Translations under genes and position numbers: made by a program
DNA from: an uncultured bacterium
GTDB taxonomy: Bacteria > Omnitrophota > Omnitrophia > Omnitrophales > Aquincolibacteriaceae
Direction of reading: 5' to 3'
Assembly (NCBI GenBank): GCA_964541285.1
Contig: CAZIQJ010000002.1
Coordinates: forward strand, 1 to 43,091
DNA length: 43,091 nt
Notes under the pieces: generated by a model
The model's database searches: none
What the model saw: the letters and a program-made list of their open reading frames with translations, nothing else
What the model was told of the DNA's origin: nothing
In this document: positions 6,989 to 15,207 of the stretch, one piece after another
Position numbering within the stretch: position 1 is the first letter of the stretch
Layout of the letters: every line of letters starts with the position of its first letter

Positions 6989-8374
6989 CTAGTTCGCGGA
7001 ACCCTGGCACCCTTCATAGGAAGGGATCATGGCCAGCGCGCCTTTAAGCACGCAAGGGGCGTCCGCCTCTTTTTCCAGCGGCGCAGCGCCGGATTCAGCG
7101 GATTTCAAAACCTCCGCAGACACCGCGCTTCCCGCCGCCTTGCCCAGGTTGGCAAGCATTTCCCACTCCCTCTTGATTCTTTCCATGACCAGCTGCCAGG
7201 GAGAGCATCCCGCGGCGCAGGTTTCCTGCTTGCGGCTCCTGGTTTTTTCATAAAGCCGCAAGGCCTTGTCCGCGGAATTTTCAATCGAAAACTCCCTCGC
7301 AGTCCTTGCCATTTCTTCACGCATTTGTTTTTTCTGCGCCGCTGTCCTTTTCATAACCCAGGCCAGCGCGTCCGGAAAAAGGCTCCGTTTTTCTGCTGAA
7401 AGAAGCCGCCCGTTCTTGCGGTCTCGCACCACTTCACGCACCCCCGGGCCGTCCAGCGCGACCACAGGAACGCCGGCCGCCATCGCCTCGGTAATGACCA
7501 TGCCCTGGGTCTCGCTCTGCGAAGCAAACGCGAAAGCATCCATGGCGTGATAGGCGTCCACCAGCTTCTGCCCGCGGAGCACACCCGCGAAGCGGACGCG
7601 GCCCATGACCTCCGCTTCCCTGAATATTTTTTTCATCTCCCCCTCGGAAGGGCCGCGCCCGACAGCCAGAAACCAGGCTTTTTTCTCTTTCTTCAAAAAA
7701 TCCGCGGCCGCACGCGCCAAAAATTCCAGGTTTTTTTCCGGCGCTACCCGCCCGGCATAGCCCGCCACAAAAGCTCCCGCGGGAATTTTCATATTCCGGC
7801 GGAACTTCGCGCCTGCGCCCCTTGCAAACGCCTTGATATTCACACCCGTGGGAACAACCCAGACATGGCTTGTGACACCACGCTCCATCAGCAGCTCGCG
7901 CACACTTTCACTGGGGGCAATAACATGGTCCGCGAGGTTGGCGTAGCCCGTACCCATTTCAATGACGAAGTTTTTTCCCGCTTCCGTGTTGAGCGGAAAA
8001 TAGTCGGTATACTGCTCAAACAGCGTGTGATGCGTAAAAATCAGCGGAATCTGGTACTGTCCGGCCAGGCGCAGCGCCATGTCGCCCATCAGAAACGGAT
8101 GATGCGCATGAATGATGTCAGGCCGGAAAGAATCCACCAGCTTGCTGACGAGGCCGGGGATCGGGAGGCTGACGGAGAAATCCGTGCCGTTAAAATTTTG
8201 AATGGCCGGAACCCGGACAACGCCATACTCCTTTTTCCTGGAACCTTTGAACTCCGGCGAGACAATCAGGACTTTATGGCCCCGCCTGCGAAATTCTCCG
8301 GAGAACGCCGCGATGGATTTTTCAAGCCCCCCGGTCAAAGGGAAATAAGTGTTGGTCATCATAAGAATATTCAT
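6989..8374 (-). CDS. Family-4 (GT-B fold, group 1) glycosyltransferase with a C-terminal extension of about 90 aa
   Basis: The N-terminus MNILMMTNTYFPLTGGLEKSI is typical of GT4. The C-terminal half has the E-x7-E region (SQSETQGMVITEAMAAGVPVV). The start ATG overlaps the stop of the upstream gene (ATGA at 8371..8374). Confidence 0.85.
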   Translation of the reverse strand: MNILMMTNTYFPLTGGLEKSIAAFSGEFRRRGHKVLIVSPEFKGSRKKEYGVVRVPAIQNFNGTDFSVSLPIPGLVSKLVDSFRPDIIHAHHPFLMGDMALRLAGQYQIPLIFTHHTLFEQYTDYFPLNTEAGKNFVIEMGTGYANLADHVIAPSESVRELLMERGVTSHVWVVPTGVNIKAFARGAGAKFRRNMKIPAGAFVAGYAGRVAPEKNLEFLARAAADFLKKEKKAWFLAVGRGPSEGEMKKIFREAEVMGRVRFAGVLRGQKLVDAYHAMDAFAFASQSETQGMVITEAMAAGVPVVALDGPGVREVVRDRKNGRLLSAEKRSLFPDALAWVMKRTAAQKKQMREEMARTAREFSIENSADKALRLYEKTRSRKQETCAAGCSPWQLVMERIKREWEMLANLGKAAGSAVSAEVLKSAESGAAPLEKEADAPCVLKGALAMIPSYEGCQGSAN

Positions 8375-10659
8375 AAAGAAAGGCTCCCCGCCGCGATTTC
8401 GATTCCGCTTTCATGAGTTCCGGGAGGCACACTCCATCTCTGCCCGGCCAGCCGGACTTCGATCTCAGGTTCCTCTCCCCGCCACTCGCCTTTCCAGGAA
8501 ACGAGGATGTTTTCCGCTTCATGCTTCAGCTCAATTGAAACCGGACCGAACTCCGTAGGCGCCGGCCCCCAGAAAAGAGGCTGCCCGCTTTCAATCCAGG
8601 ATTCCGGAATTCCGCTGCAGAGGACAAGCTTCTCCCCTTCTTCGCGGACAAAAATGTTCCGCATCATCAGCGCCCACTCCGCCGACGCCCAGATATGTTC
8701 ACCGTCCCCCATGCAGCCGCCGCGCGTCTGCGGATGAATGGCTTCCGGCCAATGCCCCGTGCGCGTGGCAAGACCGGCGACAGTTCTGATTATTTCAAAA
8801 AAACGGGGATCTCCGGCACGCATCAGGACCTGGGCAATCGCCAGCGTCAGATAGGGGTTAATACCGGAGTGCGCGATATCGTGAAAAAAAGCTCCGTCAA
8901 CAAAACAATGCCGCATCAGATACTCCACGCTTTCAAAAACACGCGGGTCTTTTTCACTCCACAGGCGAAGCGGGTAATCCACGACAATAGAGCCTACAGC
9001 GCCGGTATCCAGACGCCGCGATGGCGCCGCGGGCATGGCCCTGCTCCCCAGCCTTGCGGCGGACTCCTCAAGACTTTTTTCAATACAGCCCATGAATTGC
9101 TCCGAAGTTTCCCGGTACTCATCGGCCGCCTGTTTCTCGCCAAAATACTCCATGAACCAGGCGGCTGAACGCAGGCCTTCCACTCCCCAGAAATCATCCC
9201 AGTAATAAAAATCATTGGGCCCAAGATGCTCCGCGCTGAAACCCGCGGGAAAAAGCCCCGCGTTCAAATTACCGGGCATATCCTTGATGCGTTTCCTGAG
9301 GATCCACTGCGCGGCCTTCTGTACATGCCCTTTCCATTCCGGCCGCGGGGCCTTGCCCGTCAAAAGGCAGAATTTTCTTAAAAGCCAGAGAACCTGTCCG
9401 TTGGAGTCCCACTCTCCTTCCTGCGAATGGAAATAGCCGGTAATGCCCTGGCGTTTCAGAAAAATATCCTGGATAATTTTTTCAACACGGTCTGCAAGCC
9501 CGGAGCATAAAAGGGCGTAGCAGATAATGACTGCGTCGCGGAACCAGAAATGCTTGTAGGTAAATGGTCCGGGATAAACTTCCCCCGGCGTGTGCAGTAC
9601 CATGGCGCGGACCGCGCACTCGTAAAGAAACTCAAAACGCTCGTCAGGGACCTTGAGTCCGGCCATACCTGCCGTGCTTTCGCTCCACAATGCGGCTGTT
9701 TTCGAAGAGGCATCGCGGAAAGTCATGATTTTTTCAGTCTGCTTCATCGGAACACGTACCGTGATCGAGCGGCTGTGTCTGGGGGTGACTTCAAAAAGCG
9801 CGGCCGCAGTAGCAAGCCCAACCGGACAGTGAATGGAGCCCAGGCCATCAGAACCCGGCAGCTTGCCGTAGACATCGCCCTGATGGTATTGAGAAAAAGC
9901 GTGGGCGTCCCAGGCGTGGTCAAAGTAAACTTTGTTTTTCCCATTCACCTGCCAGCCGTACCCCTGGTCTTTTGGAAGAGTTTCAATGTCATGCACAAAG
10001 CTGACCCCTTCCGGGTTGCACGGGCGCAGCGAAACCGCGAGCCACGCCTTATACTCCGAACTTGCAAACGCGCGGACGCGCAAAACCGGAATCTCCGGAT
10101 CCTTGAGCATCTCCACCCAGGCTGTGACGGAAATCGCCAGACCGTCCCGGGCAGCAGAGGTCCGCACGCCCAGACTCGGTTCGAAAATCGTTTCCTGCCG
10201 CACACCTTCAGCGCGCGAAGGGATCAGGTCCGAATGCTTGTCCGTCAACAGCCAGACATCCAGCGACCAGCTGTCGTAGAAAGGAGTGATCAGACCGCGC
10301 GGATCGATGAGCGGATACTCCGCGCAGCCGGGAATACCGACGGCCGTCCAGTTGCGGTGAGTCAGGTTGATCTGAGTCAGGGAAAAGGCCCTGGGAATAA
10401 AAGCCGGATCTCTGGGATTAAACTGCCGGACGGCCCAAAAAGGCCAGATCCAGTCAAGGTTGTGCTGGATCGCCTGTCCGTTCATCAGTCCGCGGGCCTG
10501 AAGAACAAATCCCAGCCGCAAAATTTCAATCGGAGCGGCGATTTCAGACGGCTGTGAAAACCTCTGCGCTTTTGAAAGCAGGCTGACAGGATCGGCAAAA
10601 CCTTTGGCCCGGGCAACATAACGCACCATAAAACGCCAGGGCAGCCATTGCATCCACAT
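8371..10659 (-). CDS. Six-hairpin (alpha/alpha)6 glycosidase-like protein, GH15/GH63/GDE-like (762 aa)
   Basis: There is a strong RBS (AAAAGGAGG) 6 nt before the ATG at 10659. Motifs FWFRDAVIICYALLCSGL, GEWDSNGQVLWLL and FYYWDDFWG resemble catalytic-domain helices of GH15-type or debranching-type glycosidases. This is a family-level call only; substrate is unknown. Confidence 0.6.
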   Translation of the reverse strand: MWMQWLPWRFMVRYVARAKGFADPVSLLSKAQRFSQPSEIAAPIEILRLGFVLQARGLMNGQAIQHNLDWIWPFWAVRQFNPRDPAFIPRAFSLTQINLTHRNWTAVGIPGCAEYPLIDPRGLITPFYDSWSLDVWLLTDKHSDLIPSRAEGVRQETIFEPSLGVRTSAARDGLAISVTAWVEMLKDPEIPVLRVRAFASSEYKAWLAVSLRPCNPEGVSFVHDIETLPKDQGYGWQVNGKNKVYFDHAWDAHAFSQYHQGDVYGKLPGSDGLGSIHCPVGLATAAALFEVTPRHSRSITVRVPMKQTEKIMTFRDASSKTAALWSESTAGMAGLKVPDERFEFLYECAVRAMVLHTPGEVYPGPFTYKHFWFRDAVIICYALLCSGLADRVEKIIQDIFLKRQGITGYFHSQEGEWDSNGQVLWLLRKFCLLTGKAPRPEWKGHVQKAAQWILRKRIKDMPGNLNAGLFPAGFSAEHLGPNDFYYWDDFWGVEGLRSAAWFMEYFGEKQAADEYRETSEQFMGCIEKSLEESAARLGSRAMPAAPSRRLDTGAVGSIVVDYPLRLWSEKDPRVFESVEYLMRHCFVDGAFFHDIAHSGINPYLTLAIAQVLMRAGDPRFFEIIRTVAGLATRTGHWPEAIHPQTRGGCMGDGEHIWASAEWALMMRNIFVREEGEKLVLCSGIPESWIESGQPLFWGPAPTEFGPVSIELKHEAENILVSWKGEWRGEEPEIEVRLAGQRWSVPPGTHESGIEIAAGSLSL

Positions 10660-10683
10660 AAGGGTTCCTCCTTTTCTTCCAGC

Positions 10684-11121
10684 CTAGACGTAACAAGCCA
10701 CGGGCCGGCGAAAAACAACCTCGGGCGTCCGCTGAAGATGCGCGGGGAGCTCCACAACCACGATTTCAAAAGGCTCGAGCACATGGCCTCCAAGCAAGTA
10801 TCCCGCGCAGGCCATGCCTGCTTTATCTTCCACCACCATTCGGGCGCGAACCTCCGGGCCTGTCTCGTCCTGCATGATCTGGCCGGTCATGGAAACAACC
10901 TGAAAATCATCTCCCAGCGGAATTTTTTTGTACTGCTGAAAATTTAAATCCGGGCATCCAAGCGTCATGGCGCTCATATTTCCGCAGCCGCTGAAACCGC
11001 TGCAAATCAGGTCCTGCTCCCTGGAAAAACCCGAGAGACTCTGAATGACGTCCTCTCCCTCTTCCAGAAGAAGCGCAAATGTACGAAGCCCTTTTTCCTC
11101 ACCCATCAGCCTGGATTTCAT
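10684..11121 (-). CDS. PPC domain (DUF296) protein
   Basis: This lies inside track ORF 10684..11190. The ATG at 11121 has GGAGG 5 nt upstream. The pattern LRTFALLLEEGEDVIQSLSGFSREQDL...VVSMTGQI...ARMVVEDKAGMACAGYLLGGHVLEPFEIVVVEL matches the DUF296/PPC fold (r-f-l-L--GeD----L--f, GGHL--g-v----Ev-i-el). Confidence 0.7.
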   Translation of the reverse strand: MKSRLMGEEKGLRTFALLLEEGEDVIQSLSGFSREQDLICSGFSGCGNMSAMTLGCPDLNFQQYKKIPLGDDFQVVSMTGQIMQDETGPEVRARMVVEDKAGMACAGYLLGGHVLEPFEIVVVELPAHLQRTPEVVFRRPVACYV

Positions 11122-11310
11122 CTTTTCCTCCTTTTCATTAACCGGCATCTTTAACTCAAAAGCCGTGCCAAACAGCAAAAGATCAGGCAAAGAATCCGTA
11201 TCCGGTTCATTCTTATGGGGTTAGAAAAACAGCGGCTGATGGGAGGAAAAAATGAGGACAGGAAAGCTGTCTGATAATCCGGACAGTTCCTAATGCGGAT
11301 CGGACAGGCC

Positions 11311-11349
11311 TGAAATCACAAAAGCAGGCCCTGTTGCGGGCCTGCTTTT
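11311..11349 (-). terminator. Rho-independent terminator (bidirectional hairpin) ending the tRNA-Arg transcription unit
   Basis: The minus strand reads AAAAGCAGGCCC-GCAACA-GGGCCTGCTTTT followed by GTGATTT. That is a 12-bp stem (8 G/C-rich core pairs) with a 6-nt loop and a U-rich tail. The plus strand is also followed by a T-run. Confidence 0.7.
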
Positions 11350-11388
11350 GAACTTTTTTACCTGGAACTGTCTTATAGTGAAAAAAGA

Positions 11389-11409
11389 AGGGCGGGAAAT
11401 TGCGCCCGA
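11389..11409 (-). repeat. Duplicate of the tRNA-Arg 3' acceptor end plus the first trailer nucleotides
   Basis: Minus strand TCGGGCGCAATTTCCCGCCCT repeats TCGGGCGCAATTTC-GCCCT at 11476..11494 (the tRNA 3' end and trailer) with a 2-nt indel. Each copy can fold as GGGCG-loop-CGCCC. This copy is followed by TTCTTTTTT. Confidence 0.8.
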
Positions 11410-11485
11410 GTGCGAAGACGAGGTTGTCAAAACCTCGCAAGCCTGCCGAAATCATTGGATTTCGGCCTGGCAAGGAGGGCGAAAT

Positions 11486-11559
<74 letters not shown>

Positions 11560-11575
11560 GCAAACGTTTTTTTCA

Positions 11576-11636
11576 GCGCCCGTACAGGAATTTAATCCTT
11601 GGTCTTGTCCCCCTTCAGGGGGGAAGCTACGGGCGC
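11576..11636 (-). repeat. 61-nt stem-loop closed by a 9-bp inverted repeat of the tRNA-Arg 5' acceptor sequence
   Basis: On the minus strand, 11636..11625 is GCGCCCGTAGCT, identical to the first 12 nt of the tRNA. Its inverted partner TACGGGCGC is at 11584..11576. The enclosed sequence has a C-run/G-run hairpin (TCCCCC-CTGAA-GGGGGA). A third copy of GCGCCCGTA lies at 11775..11783. Confidence 0.75.
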
Positions 11637-11790
11637 AAAAGCGGTTTGTGCAACTTGCGCCCCTCTAAATTAGACCTATGGTCTATTCGATCTAGAGAAG
11701 CACAACCACAAAACTTTCTCACGAAACCAACTTTACTTACTAATCATCTTCAGACTCGTCCCCGCTTACGGGGATACGGGCGCGAGAAAA

Positions 11791-13044
11791 CTAGACTTCA
11801 AGCTCTTCGAGCTTGTCTTTCAGCTGTGTCAGCCGGCTTTTGATTCCGGGAGCTTCCCCCCAGAGCCGAACGACCTTTGAACCGGGATAATAATACTCCA
11901 AAATCTGTTCATTGGAATACCCTAATTGCGCCAGCTGCCGCATGCCATACTGGCAAAGGCCCACGCCGTGCCCCCAGCCCTTGCCTCCAAAAGTAAAACC
12001 GTCACGCGTTCTGTCCAATGTGGTCACAAGCGTGCTTTTAAATTTCATCGGGTCCACCCAGATACGGAAATCATTGGACGGAACTTCCGTTTTACCCTTG
12101 TCATGCACAATCAAAAAACTGCGCGCACGGCCGCTCTGGTCAATCTTCGCAATCTGGATATCCCGAATACCGGAAATGCGGACCCCCTTGAGCTTCAGCC
12201 TTTTTTCAATTTCAGCGCGGGTAAAAGAAGCACTCCAGCGGTAATGTTTTGAAGACCAGCAAAACTGGCATTCCACGCCCTTGAGCGAAGAGTGAGGCTC
12301 CACGCTCCAGACATAATCGGCGCGCGTGGTTTTTCCTCCGCATGTGGAATGAAAATAGGCGGGAAAAAGTTTTCCCTGATACGTCATGACCTGACCGCGG
12401 GTTTCATCCACAGCGCGGGAAGTGGCCGCCGACTCCATGCTCTTCCCTCCGTAAACCTGGCTGAGAACGTCTTTGGAAAGAACAAATTTTTTGTCCTTGT
12501 TCTCAATGGCCTTGAAAAGCGCGTAAGTGCGGGAGGCGATGGCCTGGGCTTTCAGGGACTCCATCGGCCAGGAAGGGCTGGCTTCCGCAGGGAGCACCCC
12601 TTTAAGATAATCTTCGATCGAGACTTCGTTAATGACCAGAAGTCCATTGGCTTCGCGCCAGATTTTCAGCGAGCGGCGGTAAGTCTTGCCGCCCACGCGG
12701 ATACTGCCCTCTCCGGAGTCAATGGTCAGCGGGGTTTCCTTGAAATTTTCCGGCCCCATCTGGATGCCGGACTCCGTGGGCTTCAGTTTCGCTCCCGCGA
12801 TTTTCAATCCGCTGAAAAGAGGACGGTTCTTGCCGTCCAGAACCCGGAAGGGAGAATCCGTTGAAACCGTGATCTCCTTCAGGCCCGCGCCCACAGAAAT
12901 ACGGATGACTTCATAATCCTGAAGCTCCTGCGCTTTGGGAACATCAAGGGAAGTTTTTTTGATTTTTCCGTCTTCCTGCTCGGCCCCGAAAGGCCATGCG
13001 ATAACGGAAAGAATCATGAAGGATCTGAGAAACCAGGAAATCAT
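11791..13044 (-). CDS. SpoIID/LytB domain protein (peptidoglycan remodelling)
   Basis: After a signal-like N-terminus come the SpoIID signatures: EDYLKGVLPAE, LKAQAIASRTYAL, SQVYGG, LFPAYFHSTCGGKTT. The C-terminus has GKGWGHGVGLCQYGMRQLAQLGYS. Confidence 0.85.
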   Translation of the reverse strand: MISWFLRSFMILSVIAWPFGAEQEDGKIKKTSLDVPKAQELQDYEVIRISVGAGLKEITVSTDSPFRVLDGKNRPLFSGLKIAGAKLKPTESGIQMGPENFKETPLTIDSGEGSIRVGGKTYRRSLKIWREANGLLVINEVSIEDYLKGVLPAEASPSWPMESLKAQAIASRTYALFKAIENKDKKFVLSKDVLSQVYGGKSMESAATSRAVDETRGQVMTYQGKLFPAYFHSTCGGKTTRADYVWSVEPHSSLKGVECQFCWSSKHYRWSASFTRAEIEKRLKLKGVRISGIRDIQIAKIDQSGRARSFLIVHDKGKTEVPSNDFRIWVDPMKFKSTLVTTLDRTRDGFTFGGKGWGHGVGLCQYGMRQLAQLGYSNEQILEYYYPGSKVVRLWGEAPGIKSRLTQLKDKLEELEV

Positions 13045-13052
13045 AGGCCGTT

Positions 13053-13083
13053 ATTCTAGCAGAAATAGAAAAACAGGGTGCAA
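13053..13083 (-). promoter_or_regulatory. Candidate sigma70-type promoter with extended -10 for the spoIID-like gene (predicted leaderless)
   Basis: The minus strand reads TTGCAC-19 nt-TGcTAGAAT, then 8 nt (AACGGCCT), then the ATG at 13044. No Shine-Dalgarno is present. It sits immediately downstream of the terminator at 13102..13136. Confidence 0.3.
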
Positions 13084-13101
13084 GATTTGCCGGATCAGGG
13101 C

Positions 13102-13136
13102 AAAAAAAAAGCCGGTGCATTAAGCACCGGCTTTTT
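13102..13136 (-). terminator. Rho-independent terminator after the peptidoglycan-binding lipoprotein gene
   Basis: GCCGGTGC-loop-GCACCGGC forms a perfect 8-bp stem (13111..13131). On the minus strand it is followed by a run of nine T (the A-run 13102..13110 on the plus strand). Confidence 0.75.
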
Positions 13137-13156
13137 GGATAAAACTGAAAATCTTT

Positions 13157-13618
13157 TTACTTCACACCGCTCAGGTAAGGCTTGAGCTTGTCCCAGGTGC
13201 GGCGGCCGACAACGCCATCGGCTTCCAGGCCATTATCGCGCTGGAAAGCTTTCACGGCATCTTTGGTCGCGGGACCAATTTTGCCATCCACATTGCCCTG
13301 GTAATAACCGGCGTTTTTCAGCGCGGCCTGAATGTCATGAGAAGGCAGTTCGAAACCGGAAGGCGTGCGGTAAACGCTCGCATAGTTGCCGGAAGAAGAG
13401 CTGCGGCTGGAAGAACCCGTGGCCGCGGCGCTCTGGCTGCCGGAGCGAAGTTCCTGGATGGACTGATCAAGACGAGTCAGCTCATCGGTCACAACACCCA
13501 TCTGAGCTTCAAGGGCGCTGATCTGCTTTGAAGTTTTTTTCTTGGAAGCGCAGCCTGAACCGATAAGAAGAACACCGGCAAGCGCGAAAAACAGGGTAGT
13601 ACGAACTGCATTTTTCAT
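13157..13618 (-). CDS. Lipoprotein with a coiled-coil segment and a C-terminal peptidoglycan-binding domain (PG_binding_1-like)
   Basis: There is a signal peptide with a lipobox (LLIGSGC), then a Ser-rich linker. The C-terminus DIQAALKNAGYYQGNVDGKIGPATKDAVKAFQRDNGLEADGVVGRRTW is the classic PG-binding repeat. Confidence 0.8.
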   Translation of the reverse strand: MKNAVRTTLFFALAGVLLIGSGCASKKKTSKQISALEAQMGVVTDELTRLDQSIQELRSGSQSAAATGSSSRSSSSGNYASVYRTPSGFELPSHDIQAALKNAGYYQGNVDGKIGPATKDAVKAFQRDNGLEADGVVGRRTWDKLKPYLSGVK

Positions 13619-13687
13619 GAATTTAATCTCCTTTAAAAATTTAAACTTTTTGGCAGGTCTCGAAGAGCGAGTCGTCCAGTGATTTGG

Positions 13688-13716
13688 AGTCTAGCAAAAG
13701 CCCCTGCCTAAATCAA
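13688..13716 (-). promoter_or_regulatory. Candidate sigma70-type promoter for the lipoprotein gene
   Basis: The minus strand reads TTGATT-17 nt-TAGACT, about 70 nt upstream of the ATG at 13618. An AAGGAG RBS precedes that start. Confidence 0.3.
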
Positions 13717-13742
13717 CTAAAAAGACGGGCAAATGCCTGATT

Positions 13743-14543
13743 TCAAGCGGGATCCAGCACCCTGACGCCGAACACCAGAAACTCGGTATGGCCGATCATT
13801 CGCTGGACCGGCCGGGTTTTGCCTTCCCGCGCCAGAATCGGCCGTTCCAGAAGCTCTACACTCTCAACACGGATAAAACCATGCCTGCGCAGGGCTTCAG
13901 CCATTTTCTCAATCTGGTTAAAGGTCGGATTTAAACTAACAATTCTAGCACCGCCCTTCATGGCTTCCTTGACGACCTCGACTTCTTCCCAGGGCTGGGG
14001 AATATCGAGTATTACGGCATCAAAATTTTTCTCAGGGAAAGGCTCCCCCGCCACGCGCTGGTGGAAAACAACAGACTCTGCAAGCCCGGCTCGGTTGATG
14101 TTTTTAACCGCGTTCTGCGGAAGGTCCTGGCGGCGGTCAAAAGTATGCACACGGCCCGTGGGGCCGACCGCGGTTGCAAGCGCCATGGTCAGGGAGCCGG
14201 AACCGGTTCCCACTTCCAGAACTTTATGACCAGGACGAATGCCGGCGCGGATCATCAAAAACGCCGCATCCTTGGGATAAATAATGCCGCTCTCCCGGGA
14301 GGCTTTCATCATCAGGTCTTCGGTGCTGGGCCTTAAAAGCCAGGCCTCGCCATGGTCACAGACCACCTTGGTGCCGTAGTCCTTGCCAAGCCAGTCATCG
14401 GTCAGAAGCGGCTTGCCGCAGTGAATGCCGATTTTCTTGCCCTTCTGGACTTCCACCAGATAGGTTGTCTCCTCTTCCCCGAACCACAGCAGGACAAGCC
14501 CGCCTTCCTGAATTTGATTGGATTCCATAAGTGCAGTGTTCAT
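13743..14543 (-). CDS. trmI: tRNA (adenine-N1)-methyltransferase, TrmI/Gcd14 family
   Basis: Motifs seen: GIIYPKDAAFLMIRAGIRPGHKVLEVGTGSGSLTMALATAVGPTGRVHTFDRRQD (SAM-binding motif I) and DAVILDIPQPWE, typical of TrmI. The exact start is uncertain (ATG at 14543 or at 14528). Confidence 0.85.
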   Translation of the reverse strand: MNTALMESNQIQEGGLVLLWFGEEETTYLVEVQKGKKIGIHCGKPLLTDDWLGKDYGTKVVCDHGEAWLLRPSTEDLMMKASRESGIIYPKDAAFLMIRAGIRPGHKVLEVGTGSGSLTMALATAVGPTGRVHTFDRRQDLPQNAVKNINRAGLAESVVFHQRVAGEPFPEKNFDAVILDIPQPWEEVEVVKEAMKGGARIVSLNPTFNQIEKMAEALRRHGFIRVESVELLERPILAREGKTRPVQRMIGHTEFLVFGVRVLDPA

Positions 14544-14554
14544 AAGCGTTTAGA

Positions 14555-15205
14555 TTACCATCCTTTAGAGGTGACCAGAGCCTTAAGCTCTTTAAAGTCC
14601 CGGGCGATCAGGTCCGGGCGCGCTGATTTTAACTCATCTTCGGAACTAAATCCATGAAGGACTGCGGCAATTTCTACGCCCGCGTTGCGTGCGGTTTCCA
14701 CGTCAATCAGGCTGTCTCCGATAAAAAGGGTTTCTCCGGCTGTGACATTTTCATTTTTCATGAGCGCCACAAGCGCCTGCGGGTCAGGTTTCTTTGGATA
14801 CTTCGCATCCCCTGCCACGATTTCCACAAAAAATTTTGAAACTTCCAGCCGCGCAAGCATGTCCTCGGAAAAAGGATTAGGCTTGTTGGTAATCACCGCC
14901 TGTTTGCGGTTTTCAAAAAACCGGAGAAGGTCAAGCGCTCCGTCATAAAGCTGCGTGTGGTCCATCATGTGCGCGGCGTAGTGATTTCTGTAAATTTTCG
15001 CGGCCTTTTCCACCTGCTTCATGTCATCGGTCTTGAGACAGCTGCGCATTAAATGATAAAGGCCGCGCCCGACATAGCGCTGGATTTCGGAAGGCTCCAG
15101 CACAGGCGCCTGCATTTCCCGGAGCATGTGCTGGACTGAGAGGGTAATGTCCTTGCGCGTATCGGCAAGGGTGCCGTCCAGGTCATAAACAATCAGTTTT
15201 TTCAC
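14555..15205 (-). CDS. HAD-superfamily hydrolase, phosphoglycolate-phosphatase-like
   Basis: Motifs seen: motif I VYDLDGTLADT, motif II VITNK, motif III/IV KKPDP ... FIGDSLIDVETARNAG. The start codon is GTG at 15205..15203, which the track displays as M. Confidence 0.8.
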   Translation of the reverse strand: MKKLIVYDLDGTLADTRKDITLSVQHMLREMQAPVLEPSEIQRYVGRGLYHLMRSCLKTDDMKQVEKAAKIYRNHYAAHMMDHTQLYDGALDLLRFFENRKQAVITNKPNPFSEDMLARLEVSKFFVEIVAGDAKYPKKPDPQALVALMKNENVTAGETLFIGDSLIDVETARNAGVEIAAVLHGFSSEDELKSARPDLIARDFKELKALVTSKGW

Positions 15206-15207
15206 GG

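Noticed and set aside
7547-10557. Plus-strand ORFs of 289 aa (7547..8416) and 335 aa (9550..10557).
   Set aside because: They are antisense to the GT4 and glycosidase-like genes. Their composition is Arg/Phe/Gly-rich nonsense-like, with no RBS.
11394-11485. A possible second tRNA or tRNA-like gene in the trailer of tRNA-Arg, since it ends with the same TCGGGCGCA acceptor 3' sequence.
   Set aside because: No cloverleaf can be drawn. The two internal hairpins have 9-bp/4-nt and 7-bp/5-nt geometry, which fits neither a 7-nt anticodon loop nor a T loop. There is no GTTCGA-type T loop, and only 5 bp of acceptor pairing is available. I treat it as a structured trailer or repeat instead.
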